Position numbers and translations under genes: made by a program | Source of the DNA: an uncultured Smithella sp. | Lineage (GTDB): Bacteria > Desulfobacterota > Syntrophia > Syntrophales > Smithellaceae | DNA: 64,000 bases | Assembly (NCBI GenBank): GCA_964632255.1 | Contig: CAZWCA010000014.1 | Coordinates: forward strand, 1,148-65,147 | Direction: 5' to 3' | Shown: in pieces, positions 63,581-64,000 of the stretch | How the letters are laid out: each line of letters opens with the position of its first letter | Position numbering within the stretch: position 1 is the first letter of the stretch | Notes under the pieces: generated by a model | Told to the model about the DNA's origin: nothing | The model's database searches: none | What the model saw: the letters and a program-made list of their open reading frames with translations, nothing else

Positions 63581-64000
63581 ATGAATAAGTTCTCCCTGAA
63601 TGACGTTTCAGTTTTGCAGGTGCTTGAAGAAATGCAAGCGCGTTATAGAAGTGCGCGTAGTGTTATGGTTTTGTTTGATAAACTTCAAATTAATCACGGT
63701 ATTAGTCAACAAGAAGCATTAAATTCATTACAATACCTGGAGAAAATTAATTATGTTGCAGTAAATGGAAGAGGAAGTCACATATCACTGACAGAATATT
63801 TAGACTCTTTGTTAAGTCAAGGAAGGGAGAAAATCTTGAATAACTTTTATTCTTTAGAAGAAAAGAAAGCAGCTCGTTTTAAGATGTTGGAAAAATTATA
63901 TATGGAATCTGGAAGCTCGGAAAATATAATATTCAATATTCATGATATTGGAAAAGATTTAAAGTTTACACCGGATTTAAATAAAATAACCTATCAATAT
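63581..64000 (+). CDS. hypothetical protein (N-terminal 140 codons; continues beyond the window)
   Basis: My own translation from ATG 63581 (MNKFSLNDVSVLQVLEEMQARYRS...) is open to the window end. AAGGA lies upstream. Two wHTH-like segments. It is absent from the ORF track because it has no stop codon. Confidence 0.5.
   Translation, partial: MNKFSLNDVSVLQVLEEMQARYRSARSVMVLFDKLQINHGISQQEALNSLQYLEKINYVAVNGRGSHISLTEYLDSLLSQGREKILNNFYSLEEKKAARFKMLEKLYMESGSSENIIFNIHDIGKDLKFTPDLNKITYQY

Larger units (their letters stand above)
59394..64000 (+). mobile_element. tRNA-Ala-associated integrative element (right end not in the window)
   Basis: tRNA, then a P4-type integrase, AlpA, a Rep_trans-like initiator and an RHH protein. 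The DNA is AT-rich. No second copy of the tRNA 3' end was found before 64000. Confidence 0.7.

Noticed and set aside
60892-64000. Search for a direct repeat of the tRNA-Ala 3' end (GGTTCGATCCCCCTCATCTCCACCA) marking the far end of the second element
   Set aside because: No copy or convincing partial copy was seen. The end of the element is presumed to lie beyond the window.
1-64000. CRISPR arrays, rRNA genes, IS elements with terminal inverted repeats
   Set aside because: No regularly spaced direct repeats, rRNA-like sequence or transposase ORFs were seen in either the sequence or the ORF track.

Overview
No rRNA genes or CRISPR arrays were seen by eye. The 64 kb window reads as five blocks. 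(1) 1-9421: the right part of an integrated phage or satellite-like element, all on the minus strand. It carries a tyrosine integrase, an orphan cargo gene, an Xis/HTH-like gene, a replication initiator plus DnaB helicase, a Nu1-like small terminase and a Mu gpP-like baseplate gene. It ends at a 48-nt tRNA-Phe(GAA) 3' fragment that is preceded by three TTATGTGAA repeats. (2) 9486-12637: a membrane polyferredoxin, a Tat-signal DUF362 protein and a zinc-ribbon protein. (3) 13455-48858: a ~35 kb glycan biosynthesis and export locus, almost entirely on the plus strand. It includes a split transketolase, a GmhA-like isomerase, a HAD phosphatase, two kinases, two nucleotidyltransferases, several SDR enzymes, a WbuC cupin, an AsnB-type amidotransferase, a UDP-GlcA 4-epimerase-like gene, nine or more methyltransferase-like genes, a GtrB-like gene next to a 991-aa membrane protein, Wzm/Wzt ABC export genes and GT2 plus GT-B-like transferases. 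No Wzx, Wzy or priming phosphoglycosyltransferase was seen. (4) 49556-59097: housekeeping-type genes, namely an M24 peptidase, a methyltransferase, a PEP-CTERM/DUF4114 protein, a transglutaminase-like protein, a HesB-like protein, a TPR protein and a pilT-pilU-REC-like operon. (5) 59394 to the window end: tRNA-Ala(CGC) followed by a second integrative element. This one has a P4-type integrase, AlpA, a Rep_trans-like initiator, a perfect 19-bp inverted repeat, an RHH protein and a G+C-rich stretch with no ORFs. The most unusual content is the glycan locus, which looks like a higher-carbon-sugar pathway with heavy methylation and a helical module shared by two methyltransferases and the Wzt ATPase. 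All functional calls come from motif recognition in the supplied translations and from reading the DNA. No database search was run.
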